A stretch of DNA of 64,000 nt, taken from the NCBI GenBank assembly GCA_965202585.1, contig OZ241826.1, forward strand, positions 18,786,001-18,850,000, in the 5' to 3' direction. Of the stretch, positions 23,367-36,300 are shown in pieces. Origin of the DNA: Thalia democratica. Lineage: Eukaryota. The notes beneath the pieces were generated by a model. It was not told the origin of the DNA and did no database searches. It saw only the letters and a program-made list of their open reading frames with translations. The stretch's first letter is position 1; each line of letters starts with the position of its first letter. The position numbers were made by a program, and so were the translations under genes.

Positions 23367-23860
23367 ATATGCTTTCAAATACTGCTTTTATGTTCTTGGC
23401 AAATTTCTCTGACTTCTTTTTAACATATGGTCTTGTAATGTATTGTTTCTTATCAACTTTATTTTCAATTAATTCTGTCTCAAAAGTGTCTTTCTTTTGT
23501 ATTTGTTCATCGATAAACTTTGCCGGAAATGAGTTTTTCATCAACAGCTCTTTTACCTTTTGCCACTCGTCATTTTGTAGATCTTCTGTAACGAGATTTT
23601 TGATTCTGTGATTCAGGTTTTTTACTAAATTTACCTTCCACGACTGCGGTACACACGAGTTAAAATTCATGAGCACGCCCGTGCTTGTTGGTTTTCTGAA
23701 TATTGATATTATAAACTTGTTGTTTTTTATTGTCACCTGTGTATCGAGATATGGTAGTTTACCTTCTTGGCAAGTTTGGATTACAAATTTCATGTCTTGA
23801 TGCATATTGTTGAGTTTTTTATCAAACTGATCTATTTGTTCTTTATTTTGGAAAATGCAT
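23367..23860 (-). mobile_element. Penelope-like retroelement reverse transcriptase C-terminal fragment
   Basis: Within ORF 23332-23937: KLPYLDTQV...IFRKPTSTGVLMNFNSCVPQSWK...LMKNSFPAKFI matches the PLE RT thumb pattern (LPFLD, RKPT, S.HP..K, NGYP..FI). The catalytic YVDD is missing just upstream. Confidence 0.85.
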
Positions 23861-24147
23861 TTTAAAATTTTATGGTCTAGAACATTGAATTCAAACTGTA
23901 TTCCAATGGCGTACAAATCGATAACCAAAAAGTACACCAGATTATAGGACCAAATAGTTACAGCGCTTTTATTTATCGTTCATTAAACAGTTTTGTTTAT
24001 TTCTTTTCACATTAAAACCTAAACTTCAGAAACAAATATCACAACAAAAACTAAATGACCAAAAATTATTCATAAACAAACACATAACCTAGTAAAAAAT
24101 CAATTAACATAGAACTACATTAATTTAACAAAATCATAAATAAGTCA

Positions 24148-24450
24148 TTAACTTAATGTTTCATTCTTTGTATCATACACAACAAACTGATGAGTGTTGT
24201 CAAAGCTAACATTTAATAAAACAATAATTTGATAATTATCACCAACACAACAAGCATACTAACTATTAATTTACTAACTTTAAATTTTTTATGATCAATT
24301 TCGCATCTAATAAGAATAAACTTTCTGGTTATACAATCGAAAACCTCCAAGTGCTACTACATTGTACCTCGAAATTTCCTCCAATTACAAGAAAATTGGT
24401 ACTCACTAACTAAGAATGTTCATGTCTTCTTTAAAACATTTTAGTTCACG
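24148..24450 (-). pseudogene. Type-B Kelch pseudogene, 3' fragment
   Basis: RRHEHS*..FLVIGG...EVFDCITRKFILIRCEI...VLLNVSFDNTHQFVVYDTKNETLS*, with stops and frameshifts; 3' flank resembles that of 11896. Confidence 0.85.
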
Positions 24451-25475
24451 TGTTTTCATAAAAACAAAACATAACAAAAAGTATATCTTATACAAACCAT
24501 TTATTGCTATCTTAATGTAAAAGTAAACAAATATACATTTTGTATTATGCAAAGGAAATTTCAATTAATTTATTTATATGACCACATTTTCGATATCTTA
24601 CGTTACAAATAAACAAATGTTATATATTTTTTCAAATTTTTAATTGAGTATTTTTTATATATTAAATATGATAAATTGAATTAGAACTGCTTATTTTTAA
24701 TTTTCTGCTTTTTTCTTTTCTAAAGTGTAATAAAGTTTTATGATAATTTGGTATGTTTGATATTTATAATTTATTTATGAAATTAATGGACTCAGCTCTT
24801 AAAGGGTTTTAATAAACCAAAATCATAATTTCTTACTAACTGTTTTACTAAATAGTCTTACTTGTTTATGTTTCTACAGCTTTACTATTGACATAAAACA
24901 GACTTTTTTAATTGAAGTTTTGTATCACATTACAAACTAATGAATGCTTAAAACAACTGTTTAATAGTTACAATTAGTTTTGAGATAAAACAAAAGAAGT
25001 GCCTAACTAATTTTATCGCTTAAATTCATTAATAAAACAATATTATTTTCATATAAAGTTTTTTCTCAATACCCCCTTTGACTAAATTAGAAAAACTCTG
25101 GTTTCTTACGATAAGTTTTCTCCAAAGCAAAAGAAAATCTAAAACTAATTTAAAGAAATTACTAAATGTCACGAAAATATTTAGAACGAAGATAATTTTT
25201 TTTGAGTAAATTTTTTATAATAAACTAAAACTACCTAGCTTTAAAAACGAAAATGTTAATCTAGGTACAAAAATTAAACCTGATATTTAATGTATTTGTA
25301 AAAACAAAATATTAATTTTTATTTAAATGTAGTAATTTGTTTACTATTTAGTGATTTTCTAAGTTGAATACTATATTACTAACATGATACTAAATATACA
25401 GAGTTTTTTCTCATGCTATTAAATTATATTTAAAATTAATAAAAGTTTACAGCTATTTATCACTCTACTATATCT

Positions 25476-26456
25476 ATGTTAACCATGACATCAAAAAGCA
25501 AGTTTTTCACTTCTCCTTTTGTACCAAATGTTTTGTATGAAAATAGATATTGTAACCAAGATGGCTTCAGTATTCTTCCTTTTGGAGGAAGAGTCAGAAA
25601 CGGTAAAGTTGTGAATCAAGTAGCAGAAATTGAAATACTTAGTTTTGAAGTAAATGAGTTTCTTTCAATGGTGAAACAACATGATTTTTTGAAAGTATTA
25701 ACTATAAGTTCTAAAATATATGCTTTTCTTGATTGCGTTAATCGCTACAAAAAGTTAAATTGCTCTTGTACGTCTGTTGAAACTTATTCTGAAAATACTA
25801 AAGCTTGGAAAAACCACTATGTATATTTCAAGAAATGGTTTTTTTATTGTCTTTGTTCGTTCATGATAAGGCTGTTTATAATCGGAGGATGGGTTGAAAG
25901 CAGTGATACAAATCTTACTTCGTGTTATATTTGTGATATCAATAGTTTTAAGAGTAATAAAGTAGCAGACTTGAATGTAGCTAGACGTAATGCTGCTTGT
26001 ACAGTTTTTCAAGGTAAGATTGTTATTACAGGTGGTTTTAATGACAATGGAATTTTATTATCAGTAGAATCTTATGATCATCATGAAAATAAATGGAAGT
26101 TTTTACCTAATATGATTGAAAAACGACGTAATCATTCTGCAGTTAGTATGTGTAACAAAATGTTTGTTATTGGTGGGTATAGTACCACAAGCTGTGAACT
26201 ATTTGATAGTTTTTCAAGAAAGATTGCATCAACATCTAGTTTAAAACTTCCAGCTATAAGAAGATGTTGGGTCGACGCTTTTAGTATCGGAAATAATATT
26301 GTTGCATTTTATCATTTTCATAATTTGAAAGATACAATTATTTACATGTACAACGTAGATCAAGAAAAATGGTCAAAAGTTTGTTGTAATATTACTAAAA
26401 TTACTACAAGCTCTATTTGGCCATCTTGTGTCAATAAGCTTCATTATAAAAAATGA
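25476..26456 (+). CDS. Kelch-repeat protein, BTB-less, subfamily A copy 3 (326 aa; orthologous start likely 25485)
   Basis: Intact ORF collinear with copies 1 and 2, with a small indel near RKIASTSS and an altered C-terminus. Confidence 0.9.
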   Translation: MLTMTSKSKFFTSPFVPNVLYENRYCNQDGFSILPFGGRVRNGKVVNQVAEIEILSFEVNEFLSMVKQHDFLKVLTISSKIYAFLDCVNRYKKLNCSCTSVETYSENTKAWKNHYVYFKKWFFYCLCSFMIRLFIIGGWVESSDTNLTSCYICDINSFKSNKVADLNVARRNAACTVFQGKIVITGGFNDNGILLSVESYDHHENKWKFLPNMIEKRRNHSAVSMCNKMFVIGGYSTTSCELFDSFSRKIASTSSLKLPAIRRCWVDAFSIGNNIVAFYHFHNLKDTIIYMYNVDQEKWSKVCCNITKITTSSIWPSCVNKLHYKK

Positions 26457-29400
26457 TACATATGTTTATTTATTGACTTACAAACCTTTCTTCAGTTTTT
26501 TATTTAAGCAAATCGTAACATTTGATAGTTGTTTATAAATTTTCACAGTATTTTAGTTGTTTAGAACATTGTTATATAAACGTTAATAACATTTCCTAAG
26601 TATTTGTTTGTTTACTGTTAATTCGTTTTGTTAGATTACTTGCTTACTTGTATGTTTTTTTTTTTTGAAAATATTTTGTTGTACAATAAACGCACTAATA
26701 TATTCAAATGCCTAATAGTGTGAGGTTATTGATTAAAAATTAAACATAATTAAAATACTATATACATCTTTTTTTAATAGTTTTTGTTTACAAAAAGACT
26801 AAAAATCAATATAAAGGTGTTGTCTCAAAATAATTATAAATTTAATTCAGAATCGTAATCATAAGCATAAAATATTGAATAAAACAAATAATTCAAACAC
26901 TATTGTTGTATAAAATAAATAAACTATAATAAATTCGATCGCGGTTAAGAAGTCTATATAATGAACATAGTTACACTTACTACATAAATCAATGTATCCA
27001 GAACTCAATACCAATGCAGCTAAAATCAAACTTTAATTATAATTATTGATTTAGCAATAATATTGATCTATAATTAAAAAAAAAACGGTTGGTTGTGTGG
27101 GCATGATACGCAGCAGCTAAACAAACTGAATATAATATTGTTTATTAAGGATATAAAAACTGACAGTTGCTTCAAGATAAATACCTAGTTTCAATGTACT
27201 TTGAAAAAAAAACTAATTTATATTCTTTCTTCATTGGATTAGTTTATCACTTCCACTGGATTAAAAGTACTATAGTAAAAAATAGAAAGTATAAAATTAT
27301 CTAAATCAGATACCTTATGTACTTAATTCTATCGTTTCATAATTATAACATTTTATTTAGCAATAACAGTTTTCAAAATAAGAGTATTGATTAAAAATTG
27401 TGTGTTAGGCCACTAAAGTTGTATTTAAATTACTAAAAGTAAACTAATATCGCACAAACCTCTATTTATCTTTAGTTGTTTAAGAGCTGGATCCGGCCGG
27501 AGCCTAATATTGAAAAATATCCTAATTTTATAAAAAGCTGAAAATTAACCAGATCCGGATCGAGATAATTTGGAAAATTTTGGAAACAAATTGAATTAAG
27601 AAGTTTCACTTTTGTCACGTACAAGTCACATATAGACAAATTAAAACACAAAGCCATCACATCCTTTTTGAAAAACGCATAGATTAATGAAAGCTTTGAG
27701 TACAAACACCGAGCTTTGCACCGTGAGGAAATAGAAGGTTTTTACACTAGTTTTAAAATTTGTAAAAACTTATTAAAATGCTTGAAAATTGGGGTAATAA
27801 TATGAATCTAATAACATTTTTCTAGGGGTGTTTAACATGAAGGCTGGTATGATGTTCTTAGAATCCTCTTCAGCATACTGTTTCATTCACACGCTTCAAC
27901 TGATAATTAAATATTCACTGTTTTCAGAAAGTAAAAAAAATGTGTTAATAGAAAGGGCCCAAATTTCGGTTAGAATTTAAATCGTAAAGGGCGTGTAAAT
28001 ATCATACACATATTGCTATACAGACTTAAACTACTAATTTTCTACGTTTTGTTTTTTACCTAAAATTGGGTTTTTTTGATTTTAAATAGTTAGTTAAAGA
28101 AGAAAAGTATTCTAGTATAAAGGAAAACATCACTAACTTAATGAAACTAAGAAACTTAAAGTTAAGCGTAATAAACTAATCGAACAGAATTGAAAATCAA
28201 TCCGTTTTTGTTATTATTTTATTTGAGTACTTTTATTTAAAAACACAAGTTATTTGACAATCTTCAATTTTCAAATGGTTTCTTTCAAAGTAAACTTAAA
28301 AATGACTGAAATTAAAACGAAATTGCTAAAAAATAATATTTATCAACAGATAAATTATTTTTAAAAGTCATAATAATAAGAGTTTTATAACCTAGGGTAG
28401 TTATATATTCTTCTGTTATTTCAATTTAAGTGTAAAACAAGTAAACAAAACTAACTTCAGGAAATTTAATGTTGAATAAGTTTATTTATTCGTCCTGTAG
28501 TGTTTATTTAAATAAATAAAAAATCATTAATACGTCTAAGGTACGTTTTTACTCGGTATTTCTTTGTTGATAATATTTGTTATTTTGCCTTTTTTTGCCA
28601 ACAATTCTTTTTTATTTTAATTTTATTCTTTTATAATGATTAACGGTGAAAATACTTTTTATAAACATTCAAGATTGATTTAATAATCAAAACGACTTTA
28701 TTATAGTTTTATGATCAGTAGAAAATATTACATACGTATTTCTTTTAAAACACTACAACACTATAAAAATACTCTGAAATCGTGCCAATTGGACTAGTCT
28801 ATTGATTTATCAATATTTTGTTAATATTTTAATAAAAACTGATTTATCAAGTTGAAACTTATTAGGTAATCCAAACAATATTTGGTGAAGTTATTTACAA
28901 TGTTTTGACAGTAATTCCTATCAATTTCAAAGCCTACTAGTGGTGTTCAAGGCGTATTGTCATTAATAAACTAAAATTTTAAAAATTAACAATTTTTTCT
29001 AAAAAAGTCTCTGTAGTTAAATATTTAAGTATATATTTTACATGCATATTCAACATTTTATGTTTAAAGCTTAAAATAACTTTTTTACTTGAATAATTAT
29101 TGTTTTACAGTATGTATATTAAATAGAATCAATTTTGAAACAGTTGTTTGAAGCTAGTTAAACCATTTACAATATTGTAGTATTTCTGCCTTGTATTTGT
29201 AAACTCTATAAAACGTTCTTACTTTGATTTTAATATATAAAAAAACGTATATGTTATTTACAAGTTTTTAATTGTTTCTGTAAAATAGATGTTTTAGCTT
29301 ATACTAAAGTAATATTGCTTGTCTAGTGGAAATATTAAACTGCACGACTCGAAAATCGATTTTGTTCAACAGGTTATTAAACTATATTTTTTGCCGTTCA

Positions 29401-29875
29401 ATAAACAACAATTATAATAATTATAATTTAAAACAGAGATTTTAATTATACTATAAAATTATACTATAACTCGGAATTTATACATAAAATTGTGTAAGTC
29501 TCTTAGTTTAAAGCTAATGAACTATAACAAGTTTAGGTATATTTTAAAATAAGGTAATAACTTTAGAACTAACTATAACTTAATTTGTTCTTTTTTACGT
29601 TTTATTAGAATAAGTAGTTGGTTCAAAAAGTAAGAGAACTTGTATGGAAAATGTTTATTAAATTTTTAGAAGCTAAATCATTATGTTTAAAAACATCAAT
29701 AATAAGCTCGACGTACAACAATCACTTGACTAAAATTTCGCAGCCTGAAAATTTTGCTGAATGTTTTTAATTAAGCCGTTTTAAACAAGCTGTCAACAAT
29801 TAAACTATTTTTTATTTATAATATTACTTTATTTCTGCATCACTTTAAGTTATCTTTCAAATGAAAACTTTCGAC

Positions 29876-30215
29876 CAGAGGCGTGTTTTTCCTATTTCCT
29901 GTGCACCCCTTATAATATAAGAAAAAGAAAGTTTTATAAAATAAACGATTTAGTATGGTTTTCTTTTAAAATACTTAACTAAAATATCATTTTAATCTAG
30001 GTAATTTTTGATATTAAGTAAAGTTTAATTAATTTCTTTAAAGAACTACGTCAAATGACATACTTTTATAATTTTTTGTCGAAAAAATAGATAAACTATG
30101 CAAACATTTTTTAACTACAAAAGTTCTACAACTTAAAAAATAGAACTTTTTATTAAAAAAAAAACAACTCAAAATTGTATACAAAAGTATTTTTTAATGA
30201 TTATACAGCTCTAAG
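29876..30215 (+). mobile_element. Truncated paralogous copy of the 9415-10393 hAT-type element
   Basis: Same left flank (ctttcgac), then cagaggcgtgttt, then shared internal sequence (gaactacgtcaaatgac). Confidence 0.75.
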
Positions 30216-30980
30216 GGTTTCTATACTATAAACTATGCTTACTTATTGTTTTAAAAAATGACTACCAAAAAATTTTAAACTTATTTACATTAGCACTTAG
30301 TTTTTTTAAACTGAGATATCAATCGTAAATCATTAAGAATTAATCCACTTTTGTTATTATTTTATTTGAATACTTTAGCTAAATAAACAAGTTATGTGTC
30401 AATATTTAATTATTTAGTGGATTCTTTTAAAGTAAACTTGAAAAATATATAAATGAAATGAAAAAACTAAGAAAAAATAATTTTTAACCGATAAACTATT
30501 TAAAAAGTCTACATAATACTAAAAGCTTTCTAACCTTTGTGTTGTTACATATGCTTGTACAATTTTAATTTAAACAAACAAGTGAAAAAAATATTTTAGG
30601 ATATTTAATGTTGAAAAAGTCGTCCTGTGTTATTTTTAGCAAAAAAAAATATTTAATATGTACAAGGTATGTATTTTATTCGATATTTTTTTTTGATAAT
30701 ATTTGTTATTTTGTTCTACTTTTTGCTAGAATATTGTTTTATTTTAATTATATTCTTCTATTGTGATTGACGGTGCAAAACCACCTTTTTAAGAATTTTT
30801 AGTTTTTATTTTATTAAAGACCACTTTTTTATACTTTTATGATCAGTAAAAATTTTACATGCGTAAATCTTTTAAAAAAACTACAACACTGTACAATTAC
30901 GCAGAAATCGAGCAAACTGGACTAAAAAAGAAAATATCAAGTTGATATTGTTTAGGTAAACTAAATAATATTTTGGTGAA

Positions 30981-31604
30981 GTAAGTTGCAATGTGTTGAC
31001 TGAAACTTCTATCAGCTTTTATGATGTAAGTAACAACTTCGCACACATGAATTTCTTACAGCTTTAATGATGAAACTTGCAATTTGCACACAAAAATCTT
31101 TATCAGCTTCAAATATGTACGTTGCGATTTGCACACATAAATTTCTATCAGCTTCAATTATGTAAGTTTCGATTTGCACAAAGAAATTTCTATCAGCTTC
31201 AATTATGTAATTTGTGATTCGCACAAAGAAATATCTAAAAAATTCAATGACGTAAGTTGTTATTTGCACACAGGAATTTCTAAAAGTTTCAATTATGTAA
31301 GTTGCGATTTGCACACAAGAATTTCTATCAGCTTCAATTATATAAGTTGCAAAATCGCACATAGAAATTTTTATCAGCTTGAATAATGTAAGTTGCGATT
31401 TGCACTCAGGAATTTTTATCAGTTTCAATGATGTAAGTTGCGATTTGCACACAAGAATTTCTATTAGTTTCAATGATGTAAGTTGCGATTTGAACATAGA
31501 AATTTCTATCAGTTTCAATTATTTAAGTTGCAATTTGCACACAGGAATTTCTATTAGCTTTAATGATGTAAGTTGCGATTTGCACACAGGAATCTCTATC
31601 AGCT
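30981..31604. repeat. 45-bp minisatellite, ~13 units plus partials
   Basis: Consensus aatttctatcagcttcaattatgtaagttgcgatttgcacacaag, head-to-tail with no spacers. The 15-aa periodic ORFs in the track (31012-31518, 31174-31386, 31379-31636) derive from it. Confidence 0.95.
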
Positions 31605-33061
31605 ACAAAATGATAGTGGTGTTCCTGACATATTGACTTTAATAGATAAGTTTTGGAAAATTAACCCAAATTTTTAAGGAAGTCTGCGTAGTTAAATATT
31701 TAAATACATGTTTTACATGTAAATAACAATTTTACATTTCATTTTAAAACTTTAAGTTTTTGTTATCTTATTAGTTATTCTTCTACAGTAATTTAAGTAG
31801 ATTATTTATTTTTAAAATATATCTTCAAAGCTAGGATATTAATTTACTATAATGGAGAATAATAGCCTTGTGTTTGTTAAGTCTTTATAACATTTTAATA
31901 GTTGTTTAAATAAACAATAATATTTAAATTTTAGTTTAAGCTTTTAGTTCATATTCAGTAATAAGTTAGAAATTTTAGAAGTGAATTTCTTGTTGTTGAC
32001 AACACAATTAAGTTCTTTTATGGTGTATAACTCGATAATTAAAAATGTTTTTATTCACCAGGCCCTTAAAGATATTTTTTGCCGTTAAATAAACAACAGT
32101 TACGATTTCAAGCAAGCTTTTTAAATGTTATACTACGATGACTGTGAAATAAAAAAAAAAGTATTTTACTGATACTAAAGGTTTAAAACAGAATTTAAAA
32201 ATAAAATAATCTAAATTATAAGTTTTTAGAACAAGTATAAAGACGTTTGCATTTGCTTGAAATATCTATTTCAGTTAATAAAAAAACAACCGATTATTTA
32301 TAAATCATAAAACGTGGTTAGTGTAAAGAACTAAAGATTGGTAATAAAAGTATCACTAAGCCATAAATAAACAAAGTTTATAAAGTTAACCTAGAAAATA
32401 TAAGCATATTTTATTACCTATTGAAAGTATGTCAAATTCAAACATAGTTAATCATGTAACTTAAAACCGACTACATTTTATATTATAACTTAAAGTTGGC
32501 TCAACTTATTTAAAAATAAAACACATAGAGATGTTTATGTTAAGCTCATTTATAATTGTGAGAAACGGGTTTAAAAAACTTTTTTCAACTTAGTTTAATA
32601 ATTTGGTTCTAAAACGTTTAATACACTGAGAAAAAACCTAAATTAAAAACCAACTCTTATTTAAACAGTATTTAAAAATTTTTCTAAACTTATTTACCTT
32701 TTTAAATTGACAAAATTCAAAATTGTGTTTTTTGTACTTAACCTTATCTATCGTTAATTTAAATTATTTTTTTAAATCAGGTGTGTATAAGCGTTTTGTT
32801 TTTATACAAAAACAAATCAAAATAAAATCAAGTTTTGATAATCTTTTTAAATAAATAAACTTTTTTATATCTTTATCTTTTATACAGTTTTAACAATTAA
32901 AGTTTATTTAATCAAACAACTTATAACGATTACTTAAAGCAAAATAACTGCAAAGAAGACAAACTTCATAATTATATGATACATGTACTAAAAAACAAAT
33001 AAATAAATTTATAACGTATAAAAGCTCTTCAGAAAACTATTAAATTAAAGAGTGTTATTTT

Positions 33062-33895
33062 TTACGTGAAATTGAAATACTTAAAGTAAGTCTTTGAACT
33101 AAAAGTATCTTTTTTAACGTCATACACAATAAACTGATGATCACTGTTTTCAGAAACGTTTAATTGCACAACTTTACCACCAACACAACAAGCACTAGAT
33201 TTTTCTGATCGCAAATAAAATAATTCAGTTCCACGTTTTATTTGAGTAAATTTCCTTGATTTGTTATCGAAAACCTCCCAGCTTTTACTATAATACAATA
33301 AATCAGTTACAAACATTTTGTTACCAATACTGACTGAAGAATGACGTAATCTTCCTTGAATCATATCAGGTAAAATAGTCCATTTGTTTTCATGATGATC
33401 ATATGCTTCTACAGTTTTTAAAGCACTTAAACAATTAGTTCCTCCAGTAACAACAATTTTACCTTCAAAAACAGTTAAGGCGGAAAAGTATCTTTTTTCA
33501 TTCATACTTGACAATTGAAGCCATTTGTTTTGCACAGAACAATAACTAAACCAATTGTTAGACCTATCCAACACATACAATTTCTTCATAAAAATACAAA
33601 TGTTACTCCAGTAAACTTTGACTGGAAAGGATGATGTAACTTTGTAAGTATTTTTTAGAGTTAAGCTTTTTGACGAAAAGTAATCATTAAAATTAGCTTT
33701 GCGAAAAAAGTTGTCGTTTGAGCCAAGTTTAGTACTACATGTTGTATTCAAAGCACAACTTTTAACTTTGATAAAACTTGCTTTCAGAAAATTAGCCATA
33801 TCTTCATCGTATTCAAATTTAAACAAAATTTCATCATCATCCTCTTGATAGCAATGTCTCTCTTGGTACAAAATAGAATACTGACCGAACTTCAT
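33062..33895 (-). CDS. Degenerate Kelch-repeat protein, BTB-less, subfamily B copy 2 (277 aa)
   Basis: Intact ORF with ILYQERHCYQE, ALTVFEGKIVVTGG, KTVEAYDHHENKW, HSSVSIGNKMFV and WEVFD; acceptor-like tctcag| 13 nt before the ATG. Confidence 0.88.
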   Translation of the reverse strand: MKFGQYSILYQERHCYQEDDDEILFKFEYDEDMANFLKASFIKVKSCALNTTCSTKLGSNDNFFRKANFNDYFSSKSLTLKNTYKVTSSFPVKVYWSNICIFMKKLYVLDRSNNWFSYCSVQNKWLQLSSMNEKRYFSALTVFEGKIVVTGGTNCLSALKTVEAYDHHENKWTILPDMIQGRLRHSSVSIGNKMFVTDLLYYSKSWEVFDNKSRKFTQIKRGTELFYLRSEKSSACCVGGKVVQLNVSENSDHQFIVYDVKKDTFSSKTYFKYFNFT

Positions 33896-35109
33896 TTTAA
33901 AGATATTGCTGAGACTTGTAAATTATGTTTATTTAATTTTTGTTATTGAGTTAAATACGTAACATAGTAGTAAAAGGTAAATTTAAGACAAGATTAATTA
34001 TTAATTTTTAACTTAAACTTAAATAGTTGCAATATAAAGCAAACTCTGAATCGAATGTTTTTTTCTGTTTGTCTAGTAAACACATTTTATAAACAAAAAA
34101 ACTATTTAAGTATGTATTTAAAGTTTAGTAAATTTAGTAAGTATTCAATTAACAACAATTTAATTAGAACAAAATTTAAAAAATTATTTTTTTCCTTGTA
34201 ACAAATTAACATAAAAATTTATTAAAAGTGTTTATGTAAGTATTTTGGTTTTAAAACTGTATAATTGTGTGTATTTTGCATTTTAAACTGTTATTGAATA
34301 TATTTTTTAAAATAATTTTTCTAGAAAGATTACCTGTTACAATTAAACAAGTAAGAAAGTCACTTGTAAATGTTATTACATTAACTTTTCTATTCCTATC
34401 GAACAAGTGTTTATACTAATAAAAAAACAATTATTAACATTTTTACACTTAACGTTTAATAAAAAATTGGAGCAAAAGCAAACTTAAAAAAACAAAGTTA
34501 TAGTGTGAACAATTTCCATTGCTGCTGAGACAATTAGTTAAAATTTTAACTTGACTTTTCTTTAAAAATTTTAAAATTGTTCTAGAAAAACTAATCCACA
34601 ACTCTTTCTTTTAAATAAGAAAAAATTGTATCACATCTACTTAAACTTTTAAAATTTAAATTAAAGTAAAGGAATTATTTTTAACTGAAAATACAAGACT
34701 TTAAAATTTAAACTTTGAAATGAAGATAAAATAATTATTTAATACATGTAAAGTACTTTTATTCAAAATTTTATAGATTTCGTTTTAGTAACATACTATT
34801 TAATGTTAATTGATTACGTACATCTCATAACCAGTAACAGATTTTTTTTAATTTTATTGTTACTATTTCAAATTTAATTAGTCCAAATTTATCCAAAGTT
34901 TAATCAAAATTACCCTGTAACTAACTGATTTTAATTAATTTTTAAGCTAGAAACTAGAATACTACTACAAATACGTTGACTACTATTCTAATGACAAAAA
35001 CTGTAAGATAGATTATAAAAACATAAAATTGTAACAATAATGTTCTGTTTTTTTTCGCAACTAATTTTGTTGTCTTTTAATATATTTAAATTATCAGTAG
35101 AAAGGTGTT

Positions 35110-36300
35110 GCTTTGAATACCATATTTACCTAGGTGTTGTTTTAACTCCGTATTAAAAAGAAAATAACTTAAACTATAGATAAAAATGTTATAATTTTGA
35201 TTAAATTATTGGTACTAAAATAAGTTCAAGCTAAGTTATTATATAAAATGTTTTCAAAAACAAACCATGTTTTTTTATTTGTTCCTACTGTCTAAAAACA
35301 ACCAGTTTTTATGACCTTTAGCTTATTTTGCAACTAAGTAAATAAATCAAAAAAAAATTTATTAATAAATTTTATTTTATTTACACGTTTTTAAATTTTA
35401 TATTTGACTGACTAAAGTATAAATTGGCAACATACGGCCTCAGTACTTGTACGGCAACAATAATCTTTGGCTGGCGACTTATTAACTAGCCTAAAAACAA
35501 TAAAAAAAAATTAGTTTTAATTTGTGATTTTTTTGTTGAAGAAAATTGGAATTAATTTACCAACTTTACTTTAGCTAACTGTTTTTCATATAAAATAAAA
35601 AGTACAATACAATTTAAATTTGATCAGTATATATAAAGTTTTATTGTACAATTTTTTAAAAATTTAACGGCTTAGTAAAACAAAATTTAATCAAGTTCTG
35701 TCGCTTGAAGAACTTTTTTGTAAAAGTTGCCCATTTTTTTAGTACAATTATAAGTATACAAAATATTTTAAAGTATAAAATTACTATTTATAGTTTACTG
35801 GGTACTAGTTCATTGTGTTTAGTACTTTTTATCTTGAGTCTTAAAGAACAGCTTCACTATTTTTTTTAAAAAGCTATTTGTTATAAAATCTGAAGGTTTC
35901 CGAATCTAATCTTTTTGGCTAATTTAATGTTTCATGCACTGGTTATTCTATTTATGCCGCCTTAAAGATAATATTTTATTTGTTTAAACAGTATTTTCAT
36001 TAAATTTAAAATAAAAACTAACTTATCTCAACAATCATCATATCTTATTTCACAAACTGCAAATCTATTGTCCCTACAACAAGTTTTGTTAAAGAGTTTT
36101 AGATATCCTACAAAAACGCGACGCAACTGTACCGTGTTTTTTAGTTTATTCGTAATAATAAATTACAAAAAATAAACTTGTTATTAACAGTTAACAAAAG
36201 AATGGTCTTATAAAAAATAATTACTATAATAATTTAGTTGTAATCTTCATCGCAATTTAAAAACTTTTTATTGTAGTAATTTTTTGCACCATCAATAAAA
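35110..36300. repeat. Third, more diverged copy of the long inverted-repeat arm
   Basis: cgacgcaactgtaccgtgtt (~36119) and tttacctagg.gttgttttaa (~35126) match 16200-17450 in direct orientation. Confidence 0.85.

Larger units (their letters stand above)
28200..32110. repeat. Tandem segmental duplication (~28200-29420 and ~30340-32110)
   Basis: Collinear blocks such as ttttgttattattttatttga.tactt (28205 / 30349), ttggtgaagt (28882 / 30973) and ttttttgccgtt.aataaacaac (~29387 / ~32075). Part of the unit recurs at ~56850-57090 and, inverted, at ~22090-22190. Confidence 0.85.

Noticed and set aside
30981-31604. CRISPR array or LRR-like protein (LKLIEILVCKSQLTS) interpretation of the 45-bp repeat
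   Set aside because: No unique spacers and a eukaryotic context. The frames switch at indels, no splice or start context was seen, and the paralogous locus has only one proto-unit.
4486-33895. Endogenous poxvirus or giant-virus region (intronless Kelch genes in AT-rich DNA)
   Set aside because: Gene density is very low, no viral core genes are visible, and there are spliceosomal intron signals and typical host TEs.
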